Below are positions 20,186-28,686 of a stretch of DNA of 64,000 nt, one piece after another. The position numbers and the translations under genes were made by a program. This DNA comes from Anaerolineales bacterium (GTDB lineage Bacteria; Chloroflexota; Anaerolineae; Anaerolineales; E44-bin32). The notes below the pieces were generated by a model that saw only the letters and a list, made by a program, of their open reading frames with translations, was not told where the DNA came from and made no database searches. The stretch is from the NCBI GenBank assembly GCA_034430395.1, contig DAOUEQ010000008.1:7581-71580 (forward strand), written 5' to 3'. The first letter of the stretch is position 1. Each line of letters opens with the position of its first letter.

Positions 20186-21100
20186 TTATTCTTTCACAGC
20201 CTGGATCTTGAATATGGGCACAGTGACAAAGGGGTGCAGCTCGTTGATCGACTGCAGGATGCTTTTGAGCACGCTTGGGCGTGTGTATTTATCAGCAAAG
20301 GCGGGAGCATGGATTAGCGATTGTTTAATGGAAAAGACACGTTGGCCTAATTCACGGTAATATTCTTTACGGGCCGTTATGTCCTGGCTGATGCCGACTG
20401 GGAAGGTGAAATCCTCGATTTCAGCAGCCGATTCGATCTTGAATCCCGCCTGGATGAATGAGTCGACGGCCATCAGGGCTTTGAGACCAAAACCAGTCTG
20501 TCCATGGACACCCTCGCGCGGCGGCAGTCCAATCGCATCGATCAGTTCGATCAAACCGTGGATGCGGGCGGCATGGCGTCCTGTGTGCTCTACCGGAAGG
20601 TTTTCTAGATAGCGTTCCAGAGGAAGGTCCCAGTCTTCGGGGTGGTCGTCTAGCTGGGTGAATTCGTGGCTGCAGATGATCAAGCGCCCGCCCGGACGCA
20701 GGACCGAAAAGATCTGGGCCAGCATACCGTCGACGTCAATGCGGTCACCCTCCTCGGTTGGGAATTGGAAAACCATGCGGGCGACGAATAGGTCAGCGGA
20801 GTTGGGGGCTAGCGCCTGGCTGATCTTGCGGGCGTGTAGATTGGGGATGAAGCGGAGGCCGGGTTTTCCGGCCAGGTTGGCAGGCGCGGGAACGTCATCG
20901 GGCGAGGTGGCGATCAAGGATTTTGGGTTATGGGCATAGATGTACTCACTCAGATCCCCCAATCCGCTGCTGAAATCGACGATGTCTTTGCCGGTGATTT
21001 GCTGAGGCGACACCAGATCTTCTACCAGGTAGTAGACCAGGTAGCGGACGATCTCCCAATTACGCTGCAGTTCCCATGAGCTCACCAGACTAGTATACAA
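20186..21100 (-). CDS. class I SAM-dependent methyltransferase (substrate unknown)
   Basis: 304 aa. Motif I-like IVDFSSGLGDLS and a post-I acidic residue are present. The C-terminal ~130 aa are unassigned. The start is TTG 21100 or GTG 21085. Confidence 0.55.
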   Translation of the reverse strand: MYTSLVSSWELQRNWEIVRYLVYYLVEDLVSPQQITGKDIVDFSSGLGDLSEYIYAHNPKSLIATSPDDVPAPANLAGKPGLRFIPNLHARKISQALAPNSADLFVARMVFQFPTEEGDRIDVDGMLAQIFSVLRPGGRLIICSHEFTQLDDHPEDWDLPLERYLENLPVEHTGRHAARIHGLIELIDAIGLPPREGVHGQTGFGLKALMAVDSFIQAGFKIESAAEIEDFTFPVGISQDITARKEYYRELGQRVFSIKQSLIHAPAFADKYTRPSVLKSILQSINELHPFVTVPIFKIQAVKE

Positions 21101-21292
21101 CAGCCGGATGATTGCATGAGTGAGGGATTGAGTTCGGTGTTGGATCAGGTGAGAATCCTGAGATAGAATCCATAATTTGCTGCTCTCGAAAACAGCGAGG
21201 GGAATAAGGGAGGTCGACTTCCGATTAGCGAAATCGGAACCTGAAAATTACGCGTACGTCAGATTACTTGAGTCGGTAATCACCGAGAAACC

Positions 21293-21324
21293 AAAGGGTC
21301 GCTTTCACCAGAAAGCGACCCTTT
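21293..21324 (-). terminator. terminator of the tRNA operon
   Basis: 14-bp perfect stem AAAGGGTCGCTTTC / GAAAGCGACCCTTT with a 4-nt loop, immediately 3' of tRNA-Arg. U-rich on both strands. Confidence 0.65.
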
Positions 21325-21328
21325 TCAG

Positions 21329-21402
21329 CGCCCCCGACAGGACTCGAACCTGTGGCCCCTTACTCCGCAAGCAAGTGCTCTAATCCACTGAGCTACGGGG
21401 GC
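21329..21402 (-). tRNA. tRNA-Arg, anticodon GCG as read
   Basis: Manual fold of the reverse complement: GCCCCCG ta GCTC agtggatta GAGC a CTTGC tTGCGga GTAAG gggcc ACAGG ttcgagt CCTGT CGGGGGC g. U33 is present, anticodon positions 34-36 read GCG, and A20 is present. CCA is not encoded. Confidence 0.8.
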
Positions 21403-21430
21403 ATGCGTATTCAGTTGTCAGGCGGCTTAG

Positions 21431-21521
21431 CGGGGAGGGTGGGATTCGAACCCACGGTAGAGGTTAATGCCCCTACAAGCGCTTAGCAGGCGCCCCCGTT
21501 CAGCCACTCCGGCACCTCCCC
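21431..21521 (-). tRNA. tRNA-Ser (anticodon GCU), class II
   Basis: Acceptor GGGGAGG/CCTCCCC, anticodon loop cTGCTaa, long variable arm (TGTAGGGGCATTAACCTCTACC), T-arm GTGGG ttcgaat CCCAC, discriminator G. CCA is not encoded. Confidence 0.88.
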
Positions 21522-21537
21522 TGATGAATTATTATCA

Positions 21538-21627
<90 letters not shown>

Positions 21628-21659
21628 GAGGGCCGTACGCCCCCCTCCTGAGCGCAAGC

Positions 21660-21688
21660 ATTCTACCATGGCGTCTAAGGCGAGTCAA
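21660..21688 (-). promoter_or_regulatory. tRNA operon promoter
   Basis: On the minus strand: TTGACT (rc 21683-21688), N17, TAGAAT (rc 21660-21665), with TGg extended -10 and an A/T-rich upstream tract. It lies about 30 nt before the first tRNA. Confidence 0.6.
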
Positions 21689-21802
21689 AGAAGCAGGTTG
21701 TTTAAGGTTAGAAACAAAGAGAAAAAGTGCAAATAACGCGAATCCTCGGGTGTCATCAGGCTCTACCTGCGGCTGGAAACTACCCTTCCGCACTCCTCAA
21801 AT

Positions 21803-22549
21803 TCAGGACGGTTCTTTTCCCCAGACCTGGTAGAGCCCGAGCCGGCTGCCTTCGCCATCGGAATGGTAGGTATTTAGAACGGTGAAACCCGTCTCTCCGG
21901 CGATGGTCTCCAACTCCGGAGGTGTAAAGTGGTGGACATAGCGCAGGCCATAGCCGCCGCGGCGCCAATCCAAAAGATAATCGCCCTCCTCGACATCCTC
22001 ATCGGTCAGATCGATGGTCTCCCAGGGAAGGATGCGCGCCTGGTAACGCTTGCTGGCTAAGAAATTCCAGTTGGAATGGATCCACTGACCGCTCTCGTTG
22101 AGAAGTCGATGCACCTGCAAGGCGAGGCGTTTCCTGAGGTCAGCGTCCGGTAGATGGTGCAGCACGGAGAAGGAAAGGACTCGATCGATGGTCTCCCTGA
22201 GTGGGATTGCAAGTTCCGTCTCCAGCACCTCTGGCCACGCGGGATCAGCGAGGTCCAAAACGCGGAAGGAAAATCGTGGATCCTGAACCTTTCCCCGGGC
22301 GATTTCCAAAAGGAGGGGGCTCGAATCAATGCCGATATAACGTCCAGCAGGATCGCGACTGAGCCACTCGAGCGCAAGCTCGCCGTTGCCGCAGCCGAGA
22401 TCCAGGACCCAGGCTTCCGACGGAAGTTTCTCTAGCGCATGGAGAACGCCGGGTTGTAAGCGTTCTCGCGTCTGAGAGAAGTGATCGGCGAAGGTTTGGT
22501 AGAATTCACTATTGAGTTGAAGAAGTTTAGTGATAACTTTATCTTGCAT
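21803..22549 (-). CDS. Trm9/ALKBH8-like SAM-dependent methyltransferase (putative tRNA U34 carboxymethyl-uridine methyltransferase)
   Basis: FADHFSQTR, VLDLGCGNGELA, SFSVLHHLPD and RYVHHFTPPELE occur in the same order as the Trm9/ALKBH8 MTase motifs I recall (HFSQTR/HFSSTR, D.GCGNGKY, AV.HH, RYYH.F.EGEL). The ORF track starts at GTG 22603. ATG 22549 gives a Trm9-like N-terminal length and has TATAAT 7 nt upstream. Confidence 0.65.
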   Translation of the reverse strand: MQDKVITKLLQLNSEFYQTFADHFSQTRERLQPGVLHALEKLPSEAWVLDLGCGNGELALEWLSRDPAGRYIGIDSSPLLLEIARGKVQDPRFSFRVLDLADPAWPEVLETELAIPLRETIDRVLSFSVLHHLPDADLRKRLALQVHRLLNESGQWIHSNWNFLASKRYQARILPWETIDLTDEDVEEGDYLLDWRRGGYGLRYVHHFTPPELETIAGETGFTVLNTYHSDGEGSRLGLYQVWGKEPS

Positions 22550-22567
22550 ATACTGGATTATACGCTG

Positions 22568-24166
22568 ATGGACCCCCAAAAGGCGTGGCAGGATGCCCGC
22601 CACTACACATCCGAACAGGTCGAACTCGCCAGACTAATCCTGGAGGAGATGCGCGCCGGCGCTTCGGTTAAGGATGCGGTCCGCCATCACCCCTTATCGG
22701 GCGGGGGTTACATCGGGAAACATGTGATCATTCATACATATCGGAAACTGACGGACTCCGGAGCGTGGCCGTTCGAGCAGGAGATGATCCAGAGTCTACG
22801 CATGAAACCTATGCGGACGTTATCTGGCGTCACTACCGTAACGGTCCTTACGAAACCCTATCCGTGTCCGGGAAACTGCATCTTCTGTCCAACGGAAGAG
22901 GGTATGCCAAAATCCTATCTCGCGGATGAACCTGGCGCGATGCGCGCCCTCCATCATGCCTTCGAACCCTACGAGCAGACACTCGCTCGAATTGAGGCGC
23001 TGGAAGCGATCGGTCACCCAACGGAGAAAATTGAACTCCTGATCCTTGGCGCGACCTGGAGCGCGTATCCGTTTGATTATCAGAAATGGTTCATCCAGCG
23101 CTGCCTGGATGCCATGAACGGCTTCGACTCCCCGGAACTGCTTGAAGCGCAGCAAGCCAATGAGGGGGCAATCCACAAGAACGTCGGTCTGGTGGTTGAG
23201 ACCCGTCCAGACCTTATCAACCACCGGGAGATCGCCCACCTGCGCGAGCTCGGAGTGACCAAAGTGCAGATGGGGGTCCAAAGCCTCGATGATGAGATAT
23301 TGACGCGGAACAAACGTGGGCATTCGGTTGCTCAATCCCGAGAGGCTATGGAGCTTTTACGTGCCGCGGGTTTTAAGATCGTGCTGCACTGGATGCCCAA
23401 TCTGCTGGGTGCGACGCTTGAATCGGATCGCCGTGATTTTACGCGCTTATGGGATGATCCGGATTTACGACCTGATGAAATCAAGATCTATCCCTGTCAG
23501 TTGCTAGAGAGCACCGAACTCTATGAAGTCTGGAAGCGTGGGGATTACACGCCTTATACGACTGAGGAATTAATTGAACTCATTGCCGATCTGAAACCCA
23601 ACATCCCCCGCTACTGCCGAGTCAATCGCATAATTCGCGATATCCCCTCGACGCATATTGTCGCCGGGAACAAACGCACCAGCTTGCGCCAGGATATCCA
23701 AAAGGAATTGCAGCGACGTGAATCTCACTGTTCGTGCATCCGCTGCCGCGAAGTGCGAGGCAAGGACATAGATCCTGCAAGCCTTGATTTTTCTCAATTG
23801 ACATACCAGGCGAATGGTGCACAGGAGCATTTCCTCTCGTATTCAACGCCAGAGGATGAGCTCGCGGGCTATCTACGCCTCTCCCTTCCCGGACCCGAGT
23901 CGCCGGATCCGGGGCTGGACGATCTGGAGAACGCGGCGATCGTTCGCGAAGTGCACGTATACGGGCAATCCTTGGAAGTGGGCATCACAATGGATGGCGC
24001 AGCCCAGCACGCTGGCTTGGGGTCGGATCTCGTGAAGGAAGCAGAGGGAATTGCCGCTCGGGCCGGGTATCAGCGGGTAGCGGTGATCGCTGCCCTGGGA
24101 ACCCGCGGCTACTATCGAAAGTTAGGGTACACACTTGGCGAGACGTATATGCTCAAGAAAGTCTGA
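22568..24166 (+). CDS. elp3: Elp3-family radical SAM / GNAT acetyltransferase (tRNA U34 cm5 modification enzyme homologue)
   Basis: KPMRTLSGVTTVTVLTKPYPCPGNCIFCP is the CX3CX2C motif in its Elp3 context. The radical-SAM core is followed by a C-terminal GNAT domain (REVHVYG...QHAGLGSDLV...GYYRKLGY). The ORF-track start at 22481 would overlap the divergent gene, so ATG 22568 is preferred. Confidence 0.85.
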   Translation: MDPQKAWQDARHYTSEQVELARLILEEMRAGASVKDAVRHHPLSGGGYIGKHVIIHTYRKLTDSGAWPFEQEMIQSLRMKPMRTLSGVTTVTVLTKPYPCPGNCIFCPTEEGMPKSYLADEPGAMRALHHAFEPYEQTLARIEALEAIGHPTEKIELLILGATWSAYPFDYQKWFIQRCLDAMNGFDSPELLEAQQANEGAIHKNVGLVVETRPDLINHREIAHLRELGVTKVQMGVQSLDDEILTRNKRGHSVAQSREAMELLRAAGFKIVLHWMPNLLGATLESDRRDFTRLWDDPDLRPDEIKIYPCQLLESTELYEVWKRGDYTPYTTEELIELIADLKPNIPRYCRVNRIIRDIPSTHIVAGNKRTSLRQDIQKELQRRESHCSCIRCREVRGKDIDPASLDFSQLTYQANGAQEHFLSYSTPEDELAGYLRLSLPGPESPDPGLDDLENAAIVREVHVYGQSLEVGITMDGAAQHAGLGSDLVKEAEGIAARAGYQRVAVIAALGTRGYYRKLGYTLGETYMLKKV

Positions 24167-24168
24167 AT

Positions 24169-24552
24169 TCACTCGTTCAACCTTGTCACCATGACCGTGG
24201 TGCCGTCCTCAATACGGGCCAGCTGTTCAGCTCCTTCTTCAATCAACCCAACGGGATTCACATCCGAGTAGGCGCGCGGTTCCTCCCCCTTGCTGACCGG
24301 AGTGGGGCCGAAGAAGATGCAGAAAGCATGACCCTGAGGCCAGTAAGCTATCTCACCCACCACCATCTCCTGCCGGGCGTCTGATGCGGCGGCAAGTTCC
24401 ACTGGGATCTCAAAATAGATTTCATCGCCCCAGCGAGTCCCAGTGACCTCGAAAGGGAGCGCTTCCCAGATTCGATCCGCGGTTTCTGTCCCGTTCAGCT
24501 TGGCGGTGAGAGCAATTTCGCCGATCTGAATATTAATTCTGTGAGTTTCCAT
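24169..24552 (-). CDS. cyclophilin-like fold protein (DUF3830-type)
   Basis: 127 aa. The pattern A.L......A..IWEALP......WGDEIYF.IPV......A.......G..AYWP.G.AFCIFFGPTP matches the family as I remember it. Its stop lies 2 nt from the Elp3 stop (convergent). Confidence 0.6.
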   Translation of the reverse strand: METHRINIQIGEIALTAKLNGTETADRIWEALPFEVTGTRWGDEIYFEIPVELAAASDARQEMVVGEIAYWPQGHAFCIFFGPTPVSKGEEPRAYSDVNPVGLIEEGAEQLARIEDGTTVMVTRLNE

Positions 24553-24592
24553 AGTCTTCTTCCTCCGAATTGACCAGTTGATATCACACTTG

Positions 24593-25039
24593 TTAAGTTC
24601 CCTCGCTTAGAAGGAGCGATTTGGCTTCTAACCTAAGTCTCTCCCATCCTTTAAATAACGCTGACGTTGTGCGGAAAGCGACCAGGTGCCCATCGCAATT
24701 ACAATCAGAGCTGCCGAAGCCGAGGGGATAAACCATCCCGACCTTGCCGAGGATTTCAGACCAAGAACATTCCTGGCGATTGTCACCGACCGTCCACCAG
24801 ATTTCAATGAGCGCGCTTCTTCTGAGAAGGTAATCGATGTGCCAGTGCAGTTTGGAGGACTCGTTCTGGTGGAGATACCGACTGACACGGGCGCGCAACC
24901 CCCCAGGACCGAGGGCGCTTCCCAGATAGACGTAATAACCAGGTGGAAATTGCTGAGTGCCCAATTTGCCAATAGAGATCGTCGCCGTCTCCATAACCCG
25001 GACGACCGAAGCGTATGTCCCAGGGGCATTCGTGCTCAT
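24593..25039 (-). CDS. DUF123 (GIY-YIG-like) domain protein
   Basis: PGTYASVV...GYYVYLGSALGPGGL.ARV.RYL.....KLHWHIDYLL is the DUF123 signature as I recall it. The ORF track starts at ATG 25093. ATG 25039 places the G.Y motif near the N-terminus. The start is uncertain. Confidence 0.6.
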   Translation of the reverse strand: MSTNAPGTYASVVRVMETATISIGKLGTQQFPPGYYVYLGSALGPGGLRARVSRYLHQNESSKLHWHIDYLLRRSALIEIWWTVGDNRQECSWSEILGKVGMVYPLGFGSSDCNCDGHLVAFRTTSALFKGWERLRLEAKSLLLSEGT

Positions 25040-25393
25040 TATTTTAGAATAGGAGTGGCTGCTTCCCTCCGAGCTCACACGAGATAATGGCATCGTTATT
25101 TAGGCATTAGAAGAGCGTATCGGTTCGGGATTGGGTTTGAGAAAAACATTCGCTGAAGCTGTTTCCCGAGGAGCGTAAAGCCGAGAACGGCATCATTTTT
25201 ACCGGTCAAATCCAAAGAAAATATCTTCATTTGAATGCAGATCTATGTTTATCCATGGGCCTTTGCCAGTATAACATTCACAACTCAGAGGTGACCTAGC
25301 TGCATCTACAATCAACTTCTACTCCAGGTTGTTTAGCTGAGAGGGTTATAATCATCAGAACGTATTTATTGTCTAACAGAAAGCGAATTATTC

Positions 25394-27331
25394 ATGAGAT
25401 TTCACGGTGGAAGCTGGGGTGCATTCATCAGGTACGATGAGCAAGAGCAACCCCAATTATCTTGGCATCTGCTACGCAGGGTGGCGGAATATGCGCGGCC
25501 CTATTGGCTACAGTTGGTCATCGTATTGATCACTATGGTCGGCATCTCGTTGATCAGCTTGATTCCTCCGTTGTTAATCCGAGATTTTATAGATCGGGCG
25601 ATACCAGCCAGGGATATAGCGCGGTTGAATTTACTTGCCCTGGGCATGGTTGCTGTTCCCCTGATCAACGGTTTGTTAGGTGTGGCCCAACGCTATATGA
25701 GTTCCTTTATTGGGGAAGGGATCATCTTAGACTTGCGCAGCGCGCTCTATGCTCACTTGCAGCGCATGGGTTTGCGCTTCTACACAAACACACAGGTCGG
25801 CGAAATGATGTCCCGCCTGAACAATGACGTCATCGGCGCGCAGCGGGCGGTGACGGGAACTCTTGTTACACTGCTAAGCAATACCTTCGCAATTGTGACA
25901 ACACTCATCATCATGGTTTCCATGGAGTGGCGCTTGACTCTATTGGGGGTCGCAATCCTGCCATTATTCGTCATACCCGCGCGCAGGGTGGGCATCGTCC
26001 TGCGCGGCATCGCCCGCCGCTCGATGGAAATCAATGCCAGAATGAACGCGATGATGAACGAGACGCTCAATATCAGCGGTGCGATTCTGGTGAAGATCTT
26101 TGGCCGCTACCGTTCTGAAGTTGATCGATTTCGGGGACATGCGGAAAAAGTCCGGGACATAGGTGTTCGGCAAGCAGTAATTGGACGATGGTTCTTCCTA
26201 TCCTTAGGTTTGGCAAGCGCAATTGGCAGCGCACTTGTGTTCTTGGTTGGTGGTCATCTTGTACTCAAAGGGGCATTCACCATTGGGACGATTGTAGCGT
26301 TCTCCACGTATCTTGGTCAACTGTACGGTCCATTAACCGCGATGACAAACGCGCGCGTGGACCTGGCCACATCGATGGTGAGCTTTGAGCGCGTATTTGA
26401 AGTCATCGACCTCCCGATCGAGATCCACGAACGTCCTGATGCTATCGATCTCATTGATACGCAGGGAACCGTAAGTTTTAGTGAAGTTTGCTTCAGTTAT
26501 GAACACAAGGATGGCGCGCCCGTAGGATTGGAGGAACAATTCCGGTTCGCCAGACGTAGTCATTCGACGTACATCCCACCGAGAGTTAAAAGCGAACCCA
26601 TTGATGACGAAGACAAGCAGGAACCACAGGAAACGCGCTGGGCGGTGCGAGATGTGAGTTTCGAAATCCAACCGGGATCGATGGCGGCACTTGTCGGTCC
26701 AAGTGGGGCTGGAAAAACTACGATCACGTACCTTCTGCCGCGCCTGTTTGATCCTACGAGTGGGCAAATTACGCTTGATGCTTATGATTTGCGCGATCTT
26801 ACATTCGATACGATTGCCAAACACATCGGCATGGTTACCCAGGAGACCTATCTCTTTCACACAACGATTCGAGATAACTTGCACTACGCGAAGACCGATG
26901 CTACTCAGGAGGAGTTGGAGCTAGCCTGCCGGGCAGCGAATATTCATGACTTCATCAGTTCCTTACCGGAGGGGTATGACACGGTTGTTGGCGAGCGCGG
27001 ATACCGTCTTTCTGGAGGCGAGAAGCAGCGGGTGGCGATCGCGCGTGTTTTACTGAAGGACCCGAAAATTCTGATCCTCGATGAGGCGACGAGTCACTTG
27101 GATTCTCTGTCTGAGGCGCTCATCAAGGATGCAATGCAAGTGGTGCGGAGGGGGAGGACCTCGCTCGTCATCGCGCATCGTTTAAGCACGGTGATCAATG
27201 CTGATCTAATCCTGGTAATGGATAAGGGTCGATTAGTGGAGAGCGGCAGGCACGAGGATTTGCTCGAGCAAAATGGGATATATGCAGATCTCTACCATAC
27301 GCAGTTCTTCCCTGAAGGTAGTCCAAGTTAG
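25394..27331 (+). CDS. ABC exporter, fused permease/ATPase (MsbA/ABCB type)
   Basis: 645 aa. Six-helix TMD, Walker A GPSGAGKTT, signature LSGGEKQRVAIAR, Walker B ILILDEATS. It carries a ~45-aa charged insertion just before the first NBD strands. Confidence 0.88.
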   Translation: MRFHGGSWGAFIRYDEQEQPQLSWHLLRRVAEYARPYWLQLVIVLITMVGISLISLIPPLLIRDFIDRAIPARDIARLNLLALGMVAVPLINGLLGVAQRYMSSFIGEGIILDLRSALYAHLQRMGLRFYTNTQVGEMMSRLNNDVIGAQRAVTGTLVTLLSNTFAIVTTLIIMVSMEWRLTLLGVAILPLFVIPARRVGIVLRGIARRSMEINARMNAMMNETLNISGAILVKIFGRYRSEVDRFRGHAEKVRDIGVRQAVIGRWFFLSLGLASAIGSALVFLVGGHLVLKGAFTIGTIVAFSTYLGQLYGPLTAMTNARVDLATSMVSFERVFEVIDLPIEIHERPDAIDLIDTQGTVSFSEVCFSYEHKDGAPVGLEEQFRFARRSHSTYIPPRVKSEPIDDEDKQEPQETRWAVRDVSFEIQPGSMAALVGPSGAGKTTITYLLPRLFDPTSGQITLDAYDLRDLTFDTIAKHIGMVTQETYLFHTTIRDNLHYAKTDATQEELELACRAANIHDFISSLPEGYDTVVGERGYRLSGGEKQRVAIARVLLKDPKILILDEATSHLDSLSEALIKDAMQVVRRGRTSLVIAHRLSTVINADLILVMDKGRLVESGRHEDLLEQNGIYADLYHTQFFPEGSPS

Positions 27332-27493
27332 ACGAATAGATCGAATACCTCAGAGTCCCGCAATGGATCAATAATCGAGCTAATCTTAGGCTGATAGAGA
27401 GCAGGCAGTTGTATGCTTAGCACATACATCCTCGGTGCAGGGGAAATCCAGGAACAACAGCGAATTAAAGCAAGAGTCAGTTTCTGGAAACAC

Positions 27494-27518
27494 GAAACTT
27501 TACCTGCTCTTTTGCGTA
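27494..27518 (+). promoter_or_regulatory. putative ECF-type autoregulated promoter
   Basis: GAAAC (27494-27498), N16, CGTA (27515-27518), about 35 nt upstream of the sigma-factor ATG. It matches the TGAAAC-N16-CGTA pattern known for SigW-like ECF promoters. Confidence 0.4.
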
Positions 27519-27553
27519 TATTAGAGTAGAGCACTTATCTAAGACGGGTTTGC

Positions 27554-28162
27554 ATGGCGGAATATCAACGAAGCAATGAAGAAGATCAATGGATCGATCG
27601 AGCTGCTCAGGGCGATGACGATGCTTTCGCCCAGATTGTTGATAGCTATCAGGTCCCAGTTTACAACTTGTGCTACCGCATGCTGGGAAATAGAGAAGAG
27701 GCAGAGGATGCGGCTCAGGAGACTTTCCTGCGAGCCTACCGATACCTCAAGCGGTATGACCCGAAAAGGAAGTTTGCTACATGGCTACTGTCGATCGCAT
27801 CGCACTACTGTATCGATCGCTTGAGACGCAGGAGGCTGCAGTTGGTCTCATTGGATGACCTTCTCCCCAAGAGAGAAGGAGCAGCATCAACGGCCGGGAC
27901 TGAGGCAAACTACCTGCAAATTGAACACGCAGAGGAAATCCGCAGCATGCTCAATGGGGTCGGTGAGAAGGATCGAGCTGCTGTGATCCTGCGCTACTGG
28001 TACGACTTCTCCTACGAGGAGATTGCGGAGAGCTTGTCGCTCTCGTTATCGGCAGTGAAGAGTCGATTACACCGAACACGTCGAGAGATGGCGGATCGGT
28101 GGTCTATTCAGAACAAGGCGTTCGTCAATGGAGGCAGGCAAGATGAAGCATCCGCAGTTTGA
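27554..28162 (+). CDS. ECF-subfamily RNA polymerase sigma-70 factor
   Basis: 202 aa. Region 2 (VYNLCYRMLGNREEAEDAAQETFLRAY) and region 4 (ILRYWYDFSYEEIAESLSLSLSAVKSRLHR) are present. Confidence 0.9.
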   Translation: MAEYQRSNEEDQWIDRAAQGDDDAFAQIVDSYQVPVYNLCYRMLGNREEAEDAAQETFLRAYRYLKRYDPKRKFATWLLSIASHYCIDRLRRRRLQLVSLDDLLPKREGAASTAGTEANYLQIEHAEEIRSMLNGVGEKDRAAVILRYWYDFSYEEIAESLSLSLSAVKSRLHRTRREMADRWSIQNKAFVNGGRQDEASAV

Positions 28163-28685
28163 AGCGCTATTGTTTGAAATGGATCAACTGGGGCGTGAGG
28201 AATTGATTGCCTTGAAAGCCCACCTGCGGGAGTGTGAGCACTGCAATGCCGTGGTCACATCCTGGAGTGACCTGGAAGGAAAGATGAGTTCAGCGCCACA
28301 GTTGGAGCCGGCAACGGGTTTTACTGAGCGGTTCCGTGAGCGGCTCGTCGTTTACAAGCAGCGAAAGCAGGACCGGCTCACATTAGCTGTGATCTTGGCG
28401 ATCTTAATCAGCTTGATCATCGTATCGGTTTTTTTCGGTGCTGAATTGTTGACGTTCCTTCCATCTGCTGTCAGTTTCTTGTTGAAGTCTATCAATGGCC
28501 TGGTGAGACTCGGAGGGTTGGCCACGCTCCTGGGGGATTTCGCACTAGTCCTGATTGAAGGAATCACTCAAAGCCTGTCGGCTGGTCTTTTACTCGCTAT
28601 CTCAGTTGCCGCAAGCGGACTTGCATTAATCTGGTTGTTTTCAGTAAAAAATTCGGGTTTCAAACTATACGAAGGGAGTAAGTGA
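28143..28685 (+). CDS. anti-sigma factor, zf-HC2 type, membrane-anchored
   Basis: HLRECEHC (H-x3-C-x2-C) at the N-terminus, followed by TM helices. It overlaps the sigma-factor 3' end. GGAGG lies 8 nt before ATG 28143; the ORF track begins at 28128. Confidence 0.75.
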   Translation: MKHPQFEALLFEMDQLGREELIALKAHLRECEHCNAVVTSWSDLEGKMSSAPQLEPATGFTERFRERLVVYKQRKQDRLTLAVILAILISLIIVSVFFGAELLTFLPSAVSFLLKSINGLVRLGGLATLLGDFALVLIEGITQSLSAGLLLAISVAASGLALIWLFSVKNSGFKLYEGSK

Positions 28686-28686
28686 G

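Noticed and set aside
22481-22603. Mutual 123-nt overlap of the ORF-track versions of Elp3 and the Trm9-like gene
   Set aside because: Both have internal ATGs (22568 and 22549) that give family-typical N-termini and remove the overlap. The upstream extensions carry no conserved sequence.
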